From an uncultured Chloroflexia bacterium (GTDB lineage Bacteria; Chloroflexota; Limnocylindria; Limnocylindrales; CSP1-4): a stretch of DNA of 64,000 nucleotides. The position numbers and the translations under genes were made by a program. The notes below the pieces were generated by a model. It made no database searches. It was not told the origin of the DNA and saw only the letters and a program-made list of their open reading frames with translations. This document shows positions 38,651 through 51,536 of the stretch, piece after piece. Location: positions 224,001 to 288,000 of the forward strand of contig CAVVNQ010000008.1 in NCBI GenBank assembly GCA_963749705.1. The letters run 5' to 3'. Numbering within the stretch: the stretch's first letter is position 1; every line of letters begins with the position of its first letter.

Positions 38651-39217
38651 ATGCGCCTTCTGCGTGCGACGGCACCCATCCTCATCCTCGGCGTGGCGCT
38701 TGCCGCGTGCAGCAGTGGCGGTACGGCGACCAACGCCCCGACCACGGCTCCGGCGGCCAGCGAGGCACCGGCGGCCAGCGAGGCCCCATCGACGGGCGGC
38801 GGCCGGTACGGCTCCGGCGGCGCGTCCGAGGCTCCGGCGTCCGAGGCTCCGGCGTCCGAGGCTCCGGCAGCCGTGTCGATCGCGGTCACGACGACGCCCC
38901 TGGGCGACATCCTCGCCGACGGAGCCGGGCGGACCCTGTACGTGTTCACCGCCGACAGCGGTGGCACGTCCACCTGCTACGACTCGTGTGCCGACAACTG
39001 GCCGGCGCTCACATCCGACACCACGCCCCAGCTGGGCGCCGGCCTGACCGCGGCGGACTTCGGCACGACGGCCCGGACGGATGGCTCGACGCAGGTCACG
39101 TTCCACAACATGCCGCTGTACTACTTCGCGGGCGATACCGCACCCGGTCAGACGAACGGGCAGGGCCTTGCCAACAAGTGGTACGTCGTCGACGCCAGCG
39201 GCGCGATGATCAAGTAG
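38651..39217 (+). CDS. COG4315-type secreted-repeat lipoprotein
   Basis: Lipobox LAAC; GRTLYVFTAD..C...C..NWP; PLYYFAGD..GQ..GQG..W; ASEAP repeats. Confidence 0.88.
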   Translation: MRLLRATAPILILGVALAACSSGGTATNAPTTAPAASEAPAASEAPSTGGGRYGSGGASEAPASEAPASEAPAAVSIAVTTTPLGDILADGAGRTLYVFTADSGGTSTCYDSCADNWPALTSDTTPQLGAGLTAADFGTTARTDGSTQVTFHNMPLYYFAGDTAPGQTNGQGLANKWYVVDASGAMIK

Positions 39218-39250
39218 GCGCACCTCGCGTGCGGTGGCGCCGACCCGGGG

Positions 39251-39829
39251 TCAGCCCACCGCACGCTCGTTGCGGGCCGCCGCGGACGCGATCTTCGCGA
39301 TCCGCGCAGCCCGGGTCTCGGGACGTCGCGCGAAGGCGACCCAGGCCAGCATCTGCTTTCGTGCCGACGGGGGGAACGCCGCGAAGTTGACCGCGGCGGC
39401 GGGGGTGCCGTCGAGTGCGGCGGCGAGGTCCTCCGGAACCTCCATCCGCTCGACGGAATCGAGCACCTCCCACGAGCCGTTGGCCTTGGCCCGCTCGATC
39501 GCGGCCAGCCCGGCCGGCGCCATCCGCCCGCTCGCGATCAGCCGCGCGACGCGCACCTTGTTGGTCGCCGCCCAGCCGCTGCGCGGCTTGCGGGGCGCGA
39601 AGTAGAGCTTGCCGCGGTCGTCATCGACGCGGCCGGCCGTGCTGTCGACCCAGCCGTAGCACAGCGCCTCCTCGATCGCCGCCTCGTAGTCGAGGCCCTG
39701 GCGGCCGGATCGGGGACGCCAGGTCACCAGCCATGCGCCGCGGGCGGTCGCGTGGTTGGCCTTGAGCCACGCACGCCAGGTGTCCCGATCATCGGCGTGG
39801 ACCATCGGGGCATCGTCGAGCGCGGACAC
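39251..39829 (-). CDS. YdeI/OmpD-associated family protein
   Basis: EEALCYGWVDS, PRKPRSGW, RPETRAARI. Confidence 0.88.
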   Translation of the reverse strand: MSALDDAPMVHADDRDTWRAWLKANHATARGAWLVTWRPRSGRQGLDYEAAIEEALCYGWVDSTAGRVDDDRGKLYFAPRKPRSGWAATNKVRVARLIASGRMAPAGLAAIERAKANGSWEVLDSVERMEVPEDLAAALDGTPAAAVNFAAFPPSARKQMLAWVAFARRPETRAARIAKIASAAARNERAVG

Positions 39830-39839
39830 GTGGCAGGTC

Positions 39840-40295
39840 TCAGCCGCTCGTCGGGGTCGGGATGGTCAACGTGACCAACGATGCCGGCAGGTCCTCCAGC
39901 CCGGTCAGCCGGAGCGTGTGCCCGATGCCGATCGCATCGCACGCGCCGGCGGCAACCGTGGTGCGGATCGCGATCGAGAGACCCGATCCGGCGGCCGCGA
40001 TGTCGATCGCCGTCGTCTGGTCGCAGGCGCCGCCGACCCACGGCACGAGCAGGATCCGGGGCTGTCCGGCGGGGTTGGAGACCCCCTCGAAGGTGCCGAC
40101 GCCGGTCGGATCGACCTCCGCGTTGTCGATCCGACCGCTCGTGTCGTGGATGGTGACGGTGACGGTCTGGCCGGCGGTCGTCACGGCCGACTCCGTCCAG
40201 TCGCGCGGGCTCGAGACCCGCGTGATGGAGCACCCGGCCAGGGCGAGGGCAGCCACCAGGGCCGCGATGACCATGCGTGAACGATGGGATGACAC
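39840..40295 (-). CDS. lipoprotein
   Basis: Lipobox LAGC; WVGGACD..ACDAIG. Confidence 0.7.
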   Translation of the reverse strand: MSSHRSRMVIAALVAALALAGCSITRVSSPRDWTESAVTTAGQTVTVTIHDTSGRIDNAEVDPTGVGTFEGVSNPAGQPRILLVPWVGGACDQTTAIDIAAAGSGLSIAIRTTVAAGACDAIGIGHTLRLTGLEDLPASLVTLTIPTPTSG

Positions 40296-40396
40296 CCGAT
40301 GATCCTCTCATGCGGCGGCCCGCCTCCGTGGCGGGCCGTACGGATCCCTGACGCGGCCCCTGCTCGCGCGGTTCCGTCAGACGCCGGGATCGAATC

Positions 40397-41596
40397 CTAT
40401 GCCGGCGCGACCGCCATCGGCGCCCACATCAGCGCGCCGGGCCGGCAGCGCGTCAGGCACAGCCCGCACTTCTCGCACCGCTCCTCGTCCAGCTCCGCCT
40501 TCCCGCCGACCACGTGGATCGCGTCGTACACGCACGATCCCTCGCACAGCGCGCAGCCGTTGCACAGGTCGACATCGACGATCGGCGGCCCCGTCACCTG
40601 CTCCGGGACCGGCGCCTGCTGGGCCATCCCGCGGATCTCGTCCAGGCGCGTGTACCCGTGGGCCGCCAGCCACGCGCCCGTCTCCCGCGCGATCTTCCCG
40701 AACACCGCGTGACCGCGCAGGATCGCGGCCGTGCACACCTGGACCGCCGAGGCCCCGGCCATCGCCATCTCGATGACGTCGGTCCCGCGGCTGACGCCGC
40801 CGCAGCCGATCACCGGCAGGTCGACGGCGCGCGCCACGTCGTACACGCAGCGCACGGCGAGCGGCTTGAGCGCCGGCCCGGACAGCCAGCCGTACCCGTC
40901 GCCGCCGCCCATCCGCGGTCGCCCGGTCTCGATGTCGATGCCCAGGCAGGGTCCGAATGAGTTGATGGCCACGATCGCGTCCGCCCCGGCCCGGGCGGCA
41001 TGCTCCGCGGCGCGCGCCATCTCGCGGCCCAGCGGGCTGAGCTTGACGAACACCGGGATGTCCACGGCGTCCTTGGCCGCCCGGATCGCGTCGATCATCG
41101 GCGCCGGGTCCTCGCCGATGTAGTGCGTCGACAGCTCCAGCGCGTCGGCGAACGGGCGCACCCGCGGCGCCAGCCAGGCGATGTCCTCCGCCGAGTAGCC
41201 GAGGCTCACGACCAGCGGCATGCCGGCCGTCCGGGCCAGCGGCAGCTCTCGCTCCAGCCACTGCTCCGGGGCCAGCTCGGACCACAGCTCCGTGTTGAGG
41301 AAGCCGTGCGCGATCTCGGCCATGTTGGGCGTGGGCACCTCGGCGGCACGGCGCGAGATCGTCTTGGCCACCAGGCCGCCGGCGCCGCCCGCGGCGCATT
41401 CGAGGATCGCCTCGCCGTCACGGACGGGTGGCCCGGCCGCCGGCAGCACCGGGTTCGAGAACCGGATCCCGCACACGTCGACGGACAGGTCGACCTCGAC
41501 CGGCGCCGCCGGGTCGAGCGGAGTCGGGGTCGCGGTCGCGGTCGGCATGGCCGCCATCGCGGACGCGGGGGTCGGTCGCGCGCTCGGCCGGCTCAT
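40397..41596 (-). CDS. dihydroorotate/dihydropyrimidine dehydrogenase-like flavoprotein with C-terminal 2x[4Fe-4S] (PreA-like)
   Basis: NPVLPAAGP, VFVKLSP, GWLSGPALKP, GCGGV; CNGCALC..C and CEKCGLC..C. Confidence 0.85.
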   Translation of the reverse strand: MSRPSARPTPASAMAAMPTATATPTPLDPAAPVEVDLSVDVCGIRFSNPVLPAAGPPVRDGEAILECAAGGAGGLVAKTISRRAAEVPTPNMAEIAHGFLNTELWSELAPEQWLERELPLARTAGMPLVVSLGYSAEDIAWLAPRVRPFADALELSTHYIGEDPAPMIDAIRAAKDAVDIPVFVKLSPLGREMARAAEHAARAGADAIVAINSFGPCLGIDIETGRPRMGGGDGYGWLSGPALKPLAVRCVYDVARAVDLPVIGCGGVSRGTDVIEMAMAGASAVQVCTAAILRGHAVFGKIARETGAWLAAHGYTRLDEIRGMAQQAPVPEQVTGPPIVDVDLCNGCALCEGSCVYDAIHVVGGKAELDEERCEKCGLCLTRCRPGALMWAPMAVAPA

Positions 41597-44500
41597 CGGG
41601 TCGCAACCAGGCGCGGATCGAACGGGTGCTCCCCGATGGTCTCGAGCCGTTTCCACAGCCGCCCGGCCTCGCCGCACGCGAGCGCCGTGACCCAGTCCTG
41701 GCCGAACAGCTGGAGCTGCCGGTCACGCACCACGATGTCGCCGTTGACCAGCACGTCCCGCACCGGCCGAGCTGACAGGCCGAACATCCAGTGCCCGGGG
41801 AATGAGCGGTCATCCACCGGCGCCGGGGCCTCGTGGTCGAGGACGACCAGGTCCGCCGGCGCGCCGGCCTCGATCCGGCCCAGCAGCGGCTCGTCGAACA
41901 GGCGGCCCGCGAGCTGTGCGCCCTCCGCGAGCCTCGCGAGCGCCCAGCGCGGGTCGCCGGTGACACCGTCCTCGCGTGCGCGGAGGTACGCGGTCCGGGA
42001 CTCCTCGAACATGTCCGCGCCGATGCCGTCGGTGCCCAGGGCGACGTGCTCCCCCAGCCGGTCGAGCGGCGCCCGGCCCACGGCGTTGTTCATGTTCGAG
42101 CGCGCGTTGTGGACGACGGTGGCGCCCGCCGCGCGGATCTGCTCCGCCTCGGCCTCGTCGACGTGGACCCCATGCGCGATGAGCGTCCGCGCATCGAGCG
42201 CGCCGGCGCCGGCCAGCCGCTCCACGACGGGCATCCCGAACCGGGCGCGGCTGTCCTCCTGGTCCGCAAGGTCCTCGGCGACGTGGATGTGGAGGCCCGT
42301 GCCGGCGTCGACCGACGCCTCGACGCACGCCGCGAGCGTCGCCTCGGACAGGGTGAACGCGGCGTGCGCGCCGGTCATCGCGCGGGCAAGGGGCGCCTCC
42401 CCCGCCGCGACACGAGCCGCGAATCGCCGGTTCTCGCGGACGCCCGCCGTCGCGCGGTCGGGCCCATCGCGGTCGGTCACCTCGTACGCGAGCACGCTCC
42501 GGATCCCCAGCTCCCCGAGCGCCTCGGCGATCACGTCCAGCGAGCCGTCGATCGCGTTGGGCGACGCATGGTGGTCGATGACCGTCGTCGTCCCGGACAG
42601 CAACGCTTCCATTCCGCCGACCAGCGCCGAGGCGCGCACCGACGCCTCGTCCAGGCCGCGATCGAGCCGCCACCACACGCGGCGGAGGATCTGGACGAAG
42701 TCGCGCGGTGGCTCGAGGGCGTACGGCATGCCCCGCGCGAGCGCCGAGTAGAGGTGGGTGTGGGCGCACACGTTGCCGGGGATCACGATGCAGCCGGTGC
42801 AGTCGAGGTGGCCGGCAGCCGCCGGGAGGTCCGCGGCGGGCGCGCCGACGGACAGGACGCGGCCGCCATCGACGACGATGTCGGCGTGCTCGACGACGAC
42901 GGGATCGATGGAGGTCACGACGAGGCCGCCGCCGAGGACGAGGGTCATGGCTGGGTCCTCCCTGTCGAGGATGCGCTCGGGTCGATCCGGGCCGGACGCG
43001 AGGTCGAGGTCGATGTCGAGAGTCGATGCCGTCGCGCCGGTGGGTGGCGTCGACCCCTCGCGCGCGAGCCGCGGCAGCAGGGCGCGGGCGGCGGCCGTGT
43101 CGCGCATCGGGAGCCGGGTGCGGCGGATGCCGTCGAACGCATGGAGCGCCCCGGCCACCGCGGCCGCGGTCGGCACCAGCGCCGCCTCCCCCACCCCCTT
43201 GGCGCCGTGCGGGCCTTCGGGCTGCGGGACCTCGACCAGGATCGTGTCCACGGGCGGCATGGTCGCGGCCGGGATGATCCCCAGCGACTTGAGCGTGTCC
43301 GTCTCCGGGATGCCGCCGCTCACGCGGAGCTCCTCGGTCAGCGCCATCCCCAGGCCCATGTGCACCGCGCCCTCGACCTGGCCGCGCAGGAGCGTCGGGT
43401 TGAGCGCCCTGCCCACGTCGTGGGCCGCGATCACGCGTTCGATCCGGCCCTCGTCGTCGAGCGTCACGACCTGGGTCGCCCAGCCGTAGGCGAAGTGCGT
43501 GACCGGCTCGTCCGTGTCCGCGCCGAGCGGCGTCGTCCAGTCGACGACCACCTCGCCCGGGAACTCGTGCCCCGCGAGCGTGGCCAGTGCCGCGCGAAGC
43601 CGCCACCTCCCGCCCTCGAACGCCGCGGGACCCAGCGCGTCGCGCAGGACCGCGCACGCCCGGAGCACCGCCCGGCCGCCGAGCATCGTCGCCCGTGACG
43701 CCGTCGTCTCGCCGGTGTCGAGCTCGTGCGACGTGTCGACCACGACCCGGATCCGCTCCGCGTCGAGCCCCAGCTCCTCGGCGGCGAGCTGGCGGAACAC
43801 CGTGTGGCAGCCCTGCCCCATCTCGGTCCAGGAGTGGAACAGCGTCACGGTACCGTCGGCCTCCGGTCGGAGCACGGCCCGCCCGCGCTCGACCAGCCCG
43901 TTGCCGATGCCCGTGTTCTTGGCACCGCACGCGATCCCGGCATACCGGGCCTCGCGGTAGGCATCGCGCACGGCGAGCAGCGTCGCCTTGATCCCCACGC
44001 CCGGGCCCAGCCGCTGCCCGGTGCCGAACCGGTCGCCGACGTCGAGCGCGTTGCGCCACCGGATCTCCCACCGATCGATGCCCGCCTGCTCGGCAAGCAT
44101 GTCCAGCACGCCTTCCAGCGCGAACGCCGCCTGGTTGACGCCGAACCCGCGCATCGCGCCCGACGGAGGGTTGTTGGTGTAGACGGCGCGCGCCTCGACG
44201 TCCACGTTGGGCACGCGGTACGGCCCGCACGCATGACCGGCGGCCCGCTCGAGGACCTTGCCGCCGACGCTCGCATAGGCCCCGTTGTCGCCCACGATCC
44301 GCGCCCGGACGGCGACCAGGTGCCCATCCGCGTCGCAGCCGGCGGTGTAGTCGAGCCACATCGGATGGCGCTTGACGTGGAACCGGATGCTCTCCCGGCG
44401 CGTGAGCCGGAGCATCACCGGACGGCCGGTCCGGAGCGCGAGCAGCGCGGCCTGGCCCTGGACGTTGAGGTCCTCCTTGCCGCCGAACCCGCCGCCCGTC

Positions 44501-45693
44501 GCCACCTGGGTGACGAGGACCTCGCGCTCCGGCAGCGCGAGGAACGAGGCGATCTGGCGGCGGTCCTCCCAGGCGCCCTGGCCCTCGGACCAGACGTGGA
44601 CGGCGGGGCCCGCGACCGTCGCCCCATCCGGCCCGGCGGCGCCTCGGGGCACGGCCAGGCTCGCCTCGGGCTCGAGGAACGCGTGCTCGATGGACTGGGT
44701 CCGGAACGACGCCGATGCGACGTGGGCGGCGGCGGCCAGCGCGGCATCCGCGTCGCCCCGGCGCACGACGGAGCGCTCGACGAGGTTGCCGCCCGCGTGG
44801 ATCCGCGGGGCGCCGTCGGCGAGCGCGTCGAACGGGTCGGTGACCGGCGGCAGCGGCTCCAGCTCGATGTCGATCAAGGCCGCCGCCTCGCGTGCCGCCG
44901 CGCGCGTCTCCGCAGCGACCGCGGCCAGCACGTCCCCCACGTAGCGGACGGTCTCGCCCACGGCCACGAACAGCGGCCAGTCGGGGACGATCAGTCCCTG
45001 CTCGCGGCGGCCCGGCACGTCCGCGGCGGTCAGGACGGCGACGACCCCGGGGTGCGCGGCGGCCCTCGACGTGTCGATGCGGCGGACGACGGCGCGCGGG
45101 ACGCCCGCAAAGCGCAGCGCACCCTCGAGCATCGCCGGGGCGACGAGGTCCCCCGTGAACGGCAGCTCGCCGAGGGCCAGCGCCCGGCCCTCGTACCGGT
45201 CGCGGCCGTCGCGCCGGGCATCTTCGGTGGGTGCCTCGCCGCGGCGCACCGCCGCGACGCGCTCGATCGCGTCGAGGATCGGGGCGTAGCCCGTGCACCG
45301 GCACAGGTTGCCGGCGAGCGCCCGCGCGACGGCGTCACGTGATGGCGCCGGGTCACGGCGGAGCAGCGCCTCGGCCTTCATCACCATCCCGGGGGAGCAG
45401 TAGCCGCACTGCGAGGCGCCGGTCGCGACGAACGCGTCGGCAAAGGCCTCGCGGGTCGCCGTCGGCAGCCCCTCCAGCGTCTCGACCGTCCGTCCCGCAA
45501 CGCGGGTCGCCGGCTGGGCGCAGGACACGACGGCCCGACCATCGACGATCACGGTGCACGCGCCGCAGGAGCCCTCGGGCGCGCAGCCGTCCTTCATCGA
45601 TCGCAGGCCGCACGAACCCCGCAGGACGCCGAGCAGCGATTCCCCGGCTGCCGGCTGGACGGACACCGGTCGGCCGTTGAGCGTGAAGTCCAT
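41593..45693 (-). CDS. xanthine-dehydrogenase-family molybdoenzyme (2Fe-2S + Mo domains) fused in frame to SsnA-like amidohydrolase
   Basis: [48 protein letters not shown]; then AHTHLYS, DHHAS, HIHVAE, LGTDG. Confidence 0.88.
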   Translation of the reverse strand: MDFTLNGRPVSVQPAAGESLLGVLRGSCGLRSMKDGCAPEGSCGACTVIVDGRAVVSCAQPATRVAGRTVETLEGLPTATREAFADAFVATGASQCGYCSPGMVMKAEALLRRDPAPSRDAVARALAGNLCRCTGYAPILDAIERVAAVRRGEAPTEDARRDGRDRYEGRALALGELPFTGDLVAPAMLEGALRFAGVPRAVVRRIDTSRAAAHPGVVAVLTAADVPGRREQGLIVPDWPLFVAVGETVRYVGDVLAAVAAETRAAAREAAALIDIELEPLPPVTDPFDALADGAPRIHAGGNLVERSVVRRGDADAALAAAAHVASASFRTQSIEHAFLEPEASLAVPRGAAGPDGATVAGPAVHVWSEGQGAWEDRRQIASFLALPEREVLVTQVATGGGFGGKEDLNVQGQAALLALRTGRPVMLRLTRRESIRFHVKRHPMWLDYTAGCDADGHLVAVRARIVGDNGAYASVGGKVLERAAGHACGPYRVPNVDVEARAVYTNNPPSGAMRGFGVNQAAFALEGVLDMLAEQAGIDRWEIRWRNALDVGDRFGTGQRLGPGVGIKATLLAVRDAYREARYAGIACGAKNTGIGNGLVERGRAVLRPEADGTVTLFHSWTEMGQGCHTVFRQLAAEELGLDAERIRVVVDTSHELDTGETTASRATMLGGRAVLRACAVLRDALGPAAFEGGRWRLRAALATLAGHEFPGEVVVDWTTPLGADTDEPVTHFAYGWATQVVTLDDEGRIERVIAAHDVGRALNPTLLRGQVEGAVHMGLGMALTEELRVSGGIPETDTLKSLGIIPAATMPPVDTILVEVPQPEGPHGAKGVGEAALVPTAAAVAGALHAFDGIRRTRLPMRDTAAARALLPRLAREGSTPPTGATASTLDIDLDLASGPDRPERILDREDPAMTLVLGGGLVVTSIDPVVVEHADIVVDGGRVLSVGAPAADLPAAAGHLDCTGCIVIPGNVCAHTHLYSALARGMPYALEPPRDFVQILRRVWWRLDRGLDEASVRASALVGGMEALLSGTTTVIDHHASPNAIDGSLDVIAEALGELGIRSVLAYEVTDRDGPDRATAGVRENRRFAARVAAGEAPLARAMTGAHAAFTLSEATLAACVEASVDAGTGLHIHVAEDLADQEDSRARFGMPVVERLAGAGALDARTLIAHGVHVDEAEAEQIRAAGATVVHNARSNMNNAVGRAPLDRLGEHVALGTDGIGADMFEESRTAYLRAREDGVTGDPRWALARLAEGAQLAGRLFDEPLLGRIEAGAPADLVVLDHEAPAPVDDRSFPGHWMFGLSARPVRDVLVNGDIVVRDRQLQLFGQDWVTALACGEAGRLWKRLETIGEHPFDPRLVATR

Positions 45694-45892
45694 TCGACCC
45701 GTCCCGCGGCCGGTCTCCGCTGGACCGTCTGGCCCTAGGCGGGAGGCCCACCGATCCCGAATCGTAGGCAGGGAACCGCCGGTCCCGCGCGTGCCATGTG
45801 TCCCGACCACGCGGACAGCCGGGCCCGAGCCGTCGCTCGAGCGACCCGGCGTGGACCGGGATCGCCGGGAAGTCTTCGTGCTGGAGGTCGTG

Positions 45893-47385
<1,493 letters not shown>

Positions 47386-47389
<4 letters not shown>

Positions 47390-49017
47390 GCGCCGCCCCC
47401 CGGACCCCGCGCTCGAAGGCGGCCGAGCCGCCCGTGACGAGGGCCACGCTGGTCTGCGCCGGGTGCGGCACCGTGGCGCCCGCGAACCGGCCGTTCACGC
47501 CGCGCTGCCCGGCGCGCCGGCCCGGCGACGACATCGACCACGTCCTGGTCAGGACCCTCGACCTCAGCCGCCTGAAGGCGCCCGGCGACCCCGATCCGAA
47601 CCCGTTCGTGCGGTACCGCGCGCTGTTCCATGGCTATCACGTCGCCCGGTCCGCGGGCTGGTCGGACGGGCGCTACGTGGACCTCGTACGGGACCTGGAC
47701 GATGCGGTGGCGAAGGTCGCGGGGCACGGCTTCCGGACGACACCGCTGACCCTGGCCCGCGGGCTCGCCGACGCGGCGGGGCTGGGAACCCGGGGCTCGG
47801 TGTGGGTCAAGGACGAGACCGGCAACGTGTCCGGCTCGCACAAGGCCCGACACCTGTTCGGGGTGCTGCTGGAGCTCCGGGTCGCCGAAGCGGTCGCCGG
47901 GCTCGATGCGACGCTGCCGCTGGCGATCGCGAGCTGCGGCAACGCGGCGCTCGCGGCGGCGGTCGTCGCGCGCGCCGGGGGTCGCGAGCTCCGGGTGTTC
48001 GTTCCCGACAGCGCGGACCCCGGCGTCGTGGACCAGCTTCGCGCGTTCGGGTCGAGCGTGGTCGTCTGCCCGCGGCAGCCGGGCGAGGCTGGTGACCCCT
48101 CGTACCTGCGTCTCCAGGAGGCCATCGCGGCGGGGGCCATCCCGTTCACCTGCCAGGGTCCCGACAACGGGCTGGCGATCGAGGGCGGTGCGACGCTCGC
48201 GTGGGAGATGATCGATGGCGTCCGGGCGTCGGGCGGCTCGGTCGACCGGGTGGTGGTCCAGGTGGGCGGCGGCGCGCTCGCCTCGGGGATCGCGCTCGGG
48301 TTCGCGGACGCCGCCGCGCTGGGGGTGATCGAACGGGTGCCGCGGCTGGACGCCGTCCAGACCCGGGGCGGATGGCCGCTCGCGCGCGCGCTCTGGCGCC
48401 TGCGCGCCGAGGCGGGCCTCAAGCCGGGTTCGGTGGTCGATCCGGAGCGCCTCGATGCGGTCATCGCGACCGCCGCGCACCACCGGTCGCGGTACATGTG
48501 GCCGTGGGAGATCGAGCCGCGAAGCGTCGCCCACGGCATCCTCGACGACGAGACGTACGACTGGCTCGCGGTCGTGCGCACGATGCTGGCCACCGGCGGC
48601 CGCGCCGTCGTCGTCGACGAGGCACCCCTGATCGCGGCCAACGCCCTGGCCATGGACCTCACCGGGATCCGCGCCGACGAGACGGGGTCCGCCGGCCTGG
48701 CCGGGCTGCTCGCGCTGGCGCTGGACGGCGACCTTCGCCCCGACGAGTCGGTCGCCATCGTGATGAGCGGCGTGCGGCGGGGCGATGCCCACGTCATCGA
48801 CGCTCGGCCCGCGTCCGCCGGCCATCGAGCGTCGGCCTCCGATCGGGCTTCAGCCACCGATCGGGCATCAGCGCCCGACCAGGCGTCCCCCACCAATCGA
48901 GCGTCCGCCCCGGATCGACCGTCCACCACCGACCCGGGGTCCCGCGCCGTCCTCGCGTCCCGAACGACACCAGCGTCCTCCATATCGGTCACGTCATCGC
49001 ATCGGAGCACGCCATGA
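47386..49017 (+). CDS. PLP-dependent enzyme (threonine synthase-like) with N-terminal Cys motif
   Basis: [29 protein letters not shown]; ATGA overlaps on both ends. Confidence 0.85.
48811..48936 (+). repeat. seven imperfect 18-bp coding repeats (ASAxDR)
   Basis: [42 protein letters not shown]. Confidence 0.7.
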
Positions 49018-49967
49018 GAAGCTTCCTCGGCCGCGACATCCTGTCCCTCAAGGACTTCAGCCGGGACGAGTTCTTCCGGGTCTTCCAGGTCGCCGACGAC
49101 CTGCGGCCGTTCGCCCGCGATCGGCGCAACACGGACCTGCTCAAGAGCAAGACCCTGCTGACCGCGTTCTACCAGCCGAGCACCCGCACGCGCCTGTCGC
49201 ACGAGGCCGCGATGCATCGCCTGGGCGGCCAGGTCCTGGGGTTCTCGGACGCGAAGATGACCCGCGCCGGTGACTTCTACCAGGAGTCGATCAAGGACAC
49301 GTTCCACATGCTGGAGTACTACGCGGACGTCATCGCGATCCGCCACTTCCAGCAGGGCGCACCGGCGGAGGCCGCGAAATGGGCATCCGTCCCGATCATC
49401 AACTGCGGCGACGGCTGGGGCGAGCACCCGACCCAGGTGCTGACCGACCTGTACACGATCCTCCACGAGAAGGGCACCCTCGACGGGCTGACCTACCTCC
49501 TGGTCGGCGACATGCGGATGCGGACGATGCACTCGATCCTGTATGCGCTATCGCAGTTCGACGCCAGGGCGATCGTGGTCGGGCCGCCGGACATGAGCCT
49601 GCTGCCGGAGTTCAAGGCGGAGATCGACCTGCTCAACGTCGACTACGAGGAAGCCGGCGACGTCCGCGACGTGATCGACCAGGCGGACATCATCTACATG
49701 GAGCCCGTCGTCCAGGCCGACTACACCGCGTCGCGCGTGGAGCGCGGCGACAAGGTGGGCCTGACCCCGCCCGAGTACTGCATCACGCGCGAGCTGCTGC
49801 GCGACCAGGCCAAGCGGTCCTCGATCATCCTCCACTCCCTGCCGCGGATGGACGAGCTCCTGCCCGACGTCGACGAGACGCGGCACCAGCGCTACTGGGC
49901 GGAGGCGTTCAACGGCGTCGCGCTCAAGATGGGCATGCTTGCGCTGATCCTCGGCGCGGCCGAGTGA
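49014..49967 (+). CDS. aspartate carbamoyltransferase-like protein
   Basis: FYQPSTRTRLS, INCGDG..HPTQ, ILHSLPR. Confidence 0.88.
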   Translation: MRSFLGRDILSLKDFSRDEFFRVFQVADDLRPFARDRRNTDLLKSKTLLTAFYQPSTRTRLSHEAAMHRLGGQVLGFSDAKMTRAGDFYQESIKDTFHMLEYYADVIAIRHFQQGAPAEAAKWASVPIINCGDGWGEHPTQVLTDLYTILHEKGTLDGLTYLLVGDMRMRTMHSILYALSQFDARAIVVGPPDMSLLPEFKAEIDLLNVDYEEAGDVRDVIDQADIIYMEPVVQADYTASRVERGDKVGLTPPEYCITRELLRDQAKRSSIILHSLPRMDELLPDVDETRHQRYWAEAFNGVALKMGMLALILGAAE

Positions 49968-49977
49968 GGGGGCGGCG

Positions 49978-50955
49978 ATGCAGACCGACCTTCGCGGCCG
50001 AGACCTGATCAGCCTCCAGGAGTGGACCCGGGACGAGATCGACACCGTCCTCGACGTCGCGCTCCAGCTCAAGCGGGAGCGGGCCCTCGGGATCCCGCAC
50101 CCGCTCCTCCGGGACCGCGTCCTCGCGATGCTGTTCTTCTTCTCGTCCACCCGCACGCGCGCCTCGTTCGAGGCCGGCATGGCGCAGCTGGGCGGCCACG
50201 CCCAGTTCATCGAGAGCCGGACGACGCAGATCGCCCACGGCGACACGCCCAAGGAGATCGGCGAGATCCTGGGCCGCTACAACGACGGGATCGCGATCCG
50301 CAACGTGGACTGGGGCATCGGCAACCGGTACCTCCGCGATGTCGCCACGGCGTCGCGCGTGCCCGTGCTCAACATGCAGTGCGACCTGTTCCACCCGCAC
50401 CAGTCACTGGCCGACCTGCTGACGATGATGGAGAAGAAGGGCGACCTCAGAGGGCGCACGATCGACATCTCGTGGGCGTACGCAGCGTCGTACCAGAAGC
50501 CGATCAGCGTGCCGGTGGACCTCTCGATGCTCACCACCCGCTACGGGATGCACGTCCGGCTCGTCCACCCGCCGGAGTTCCGGCTGCCACAGGAGCAGAT
50601 GGACCAGGCGGCCGAGAACGCCCGGCGATCGGGCGGCTCGTTCGAGCTCATGGACGATTTCGAGGCCGGGATGCGCGGCGCCGACATCGTGTACGCCAAG
50701 AGCTGGGGCGCGCTGCTGACCGCGACGTCCGAGGAAGAGGGCGCCGCAACGGCGAAGCGGTACACGGACTGGATCACCGACGAGCGGCGGATCGCGATGG
50801 CCGCCGAGGACGCGATCTACATGCACCCGCTGCCCGCGGACCGCAACGTGGAGGTCGCGGATGCCGTGATCGACGGCCCGCACTCGGTCGTCTACGACGA
50901 GGCCGAGAACCGGCTCCATGCGCAGAAAGCGGTGATGGCGCTGACCATGCGCTGA
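49978..50955 (+). CDS. ornithine carbamoyltransferase-family, YgeW-like knotted carbamoyltransferase
   Basis: SSTRTR, HPHQ, SWAYAASYQKPISVP, YAKSW, MHPLPADR, EAENRLH. Confidence 0.85.
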   Translation: MQTDLRGRDLISLQEWTRDEIDTVLDVALQLKRERALGIPHPLLRDRVLAMLFFFSSTRTRASFEAGMAQLGGHAQFIESRTTQIAHGDTPKEIGEILGRYNDGIAIRNVDWGIGNRYLRDVATASRVPVLNMQCDLFHPHQSLADLLTMMEKKGDLRGRTIDISWAYAASYQKPISVPVDLSMLTTRYGMHVRLVHPPEFRLPQEQMDQAAENARRSGGSFELMDDFEAGMRGADIVYAKSWGALLTATSEEEGAATAKRYTDWITDERRIAMAAEDAIYMHPLPADRNVEVADAVIDGPHSVVYDEAENRLHAQKAVMALTMR

Positions 50956-50970
50956 CACAATGCGGGCGCA

Positions 50971-51522
50971 ATGATCCCGGACCTGCCGTTCCTGTTCGCC
51001 ATCGCGGGGCTGTCCGGCAGCCTGGCGGGCCTCGCCGGCCTCGTCGGCGGGCTGCGCCGCGAAGACGAGATGCGCCCGATCGACCGGTTCCGGCTGCGCG
51101 AGATCGTCGGGTTCGCATTCGCCAACACGCTCATCGCGCTCTCGGTCTTGCCGATCGCGAACCTCCTCGACAGCCTCGAGGGGGCGGTCCGGGTGGCGGC
51201 GTTCATCGCCGTCGCCTACGTGGTGGTGATCTCGGCCGTGCTGTTTCGGCGCCTCCGCGCAGCAAGCATCGCGCTCACCGCCTGGGTCTGGGTCGCGGGC
51301 CTGCTGGATGTTGCCGTGTTCGTCACGGGAGCCTGCGCCGTGATCGCGGGCGCAATGGCGGTGCTCGAGGTGCTGCTGGTGCTGATGCTGGCGCGGCCGA
51401 TGACCGCGTTCCTGTTCGTGCTCGACTCGTTCGACCGCACGGCCGACGCGACCGCCGCGTCGCCCGAGGCGATCGAGCCCACGTCGTCGACCGCGCCGCC
51501 CCCGCCGCCCGCGTCGAGCTGA
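50971..51522 (+). CDS. membrane protein
   Basis: Five hydrophobic segments. Confidence 0.7.
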   Translation: MIPDLPFLFAIAGLSGSLAGLAGLVGGLRREDEMRPIDRFRLREIVGFAFANTLIALSVLPIANLLDSLEGAVRVAAFIAVAYVVVISAVLFRRLRAASIALTAWVWVAGLLDVAVFVTGACAVIAGAMAVLEVLLVLMLARPMTAFLFVLDSFDRTADATAASPEAIEPTSSTAPPPPPASS

Positions 51523-51536
51523 GCCGCGCGCGGTTG

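Noticed and set aside
41810-45304. Long Arg/Pro/Gly-rich alternative ORFs (e.g. 41810..45304, 4809..7193, 26997..29576, 12295..14463)
   Set aside because: Shadow frames of real genes, expected in very GC-rich DNA; no motifs.
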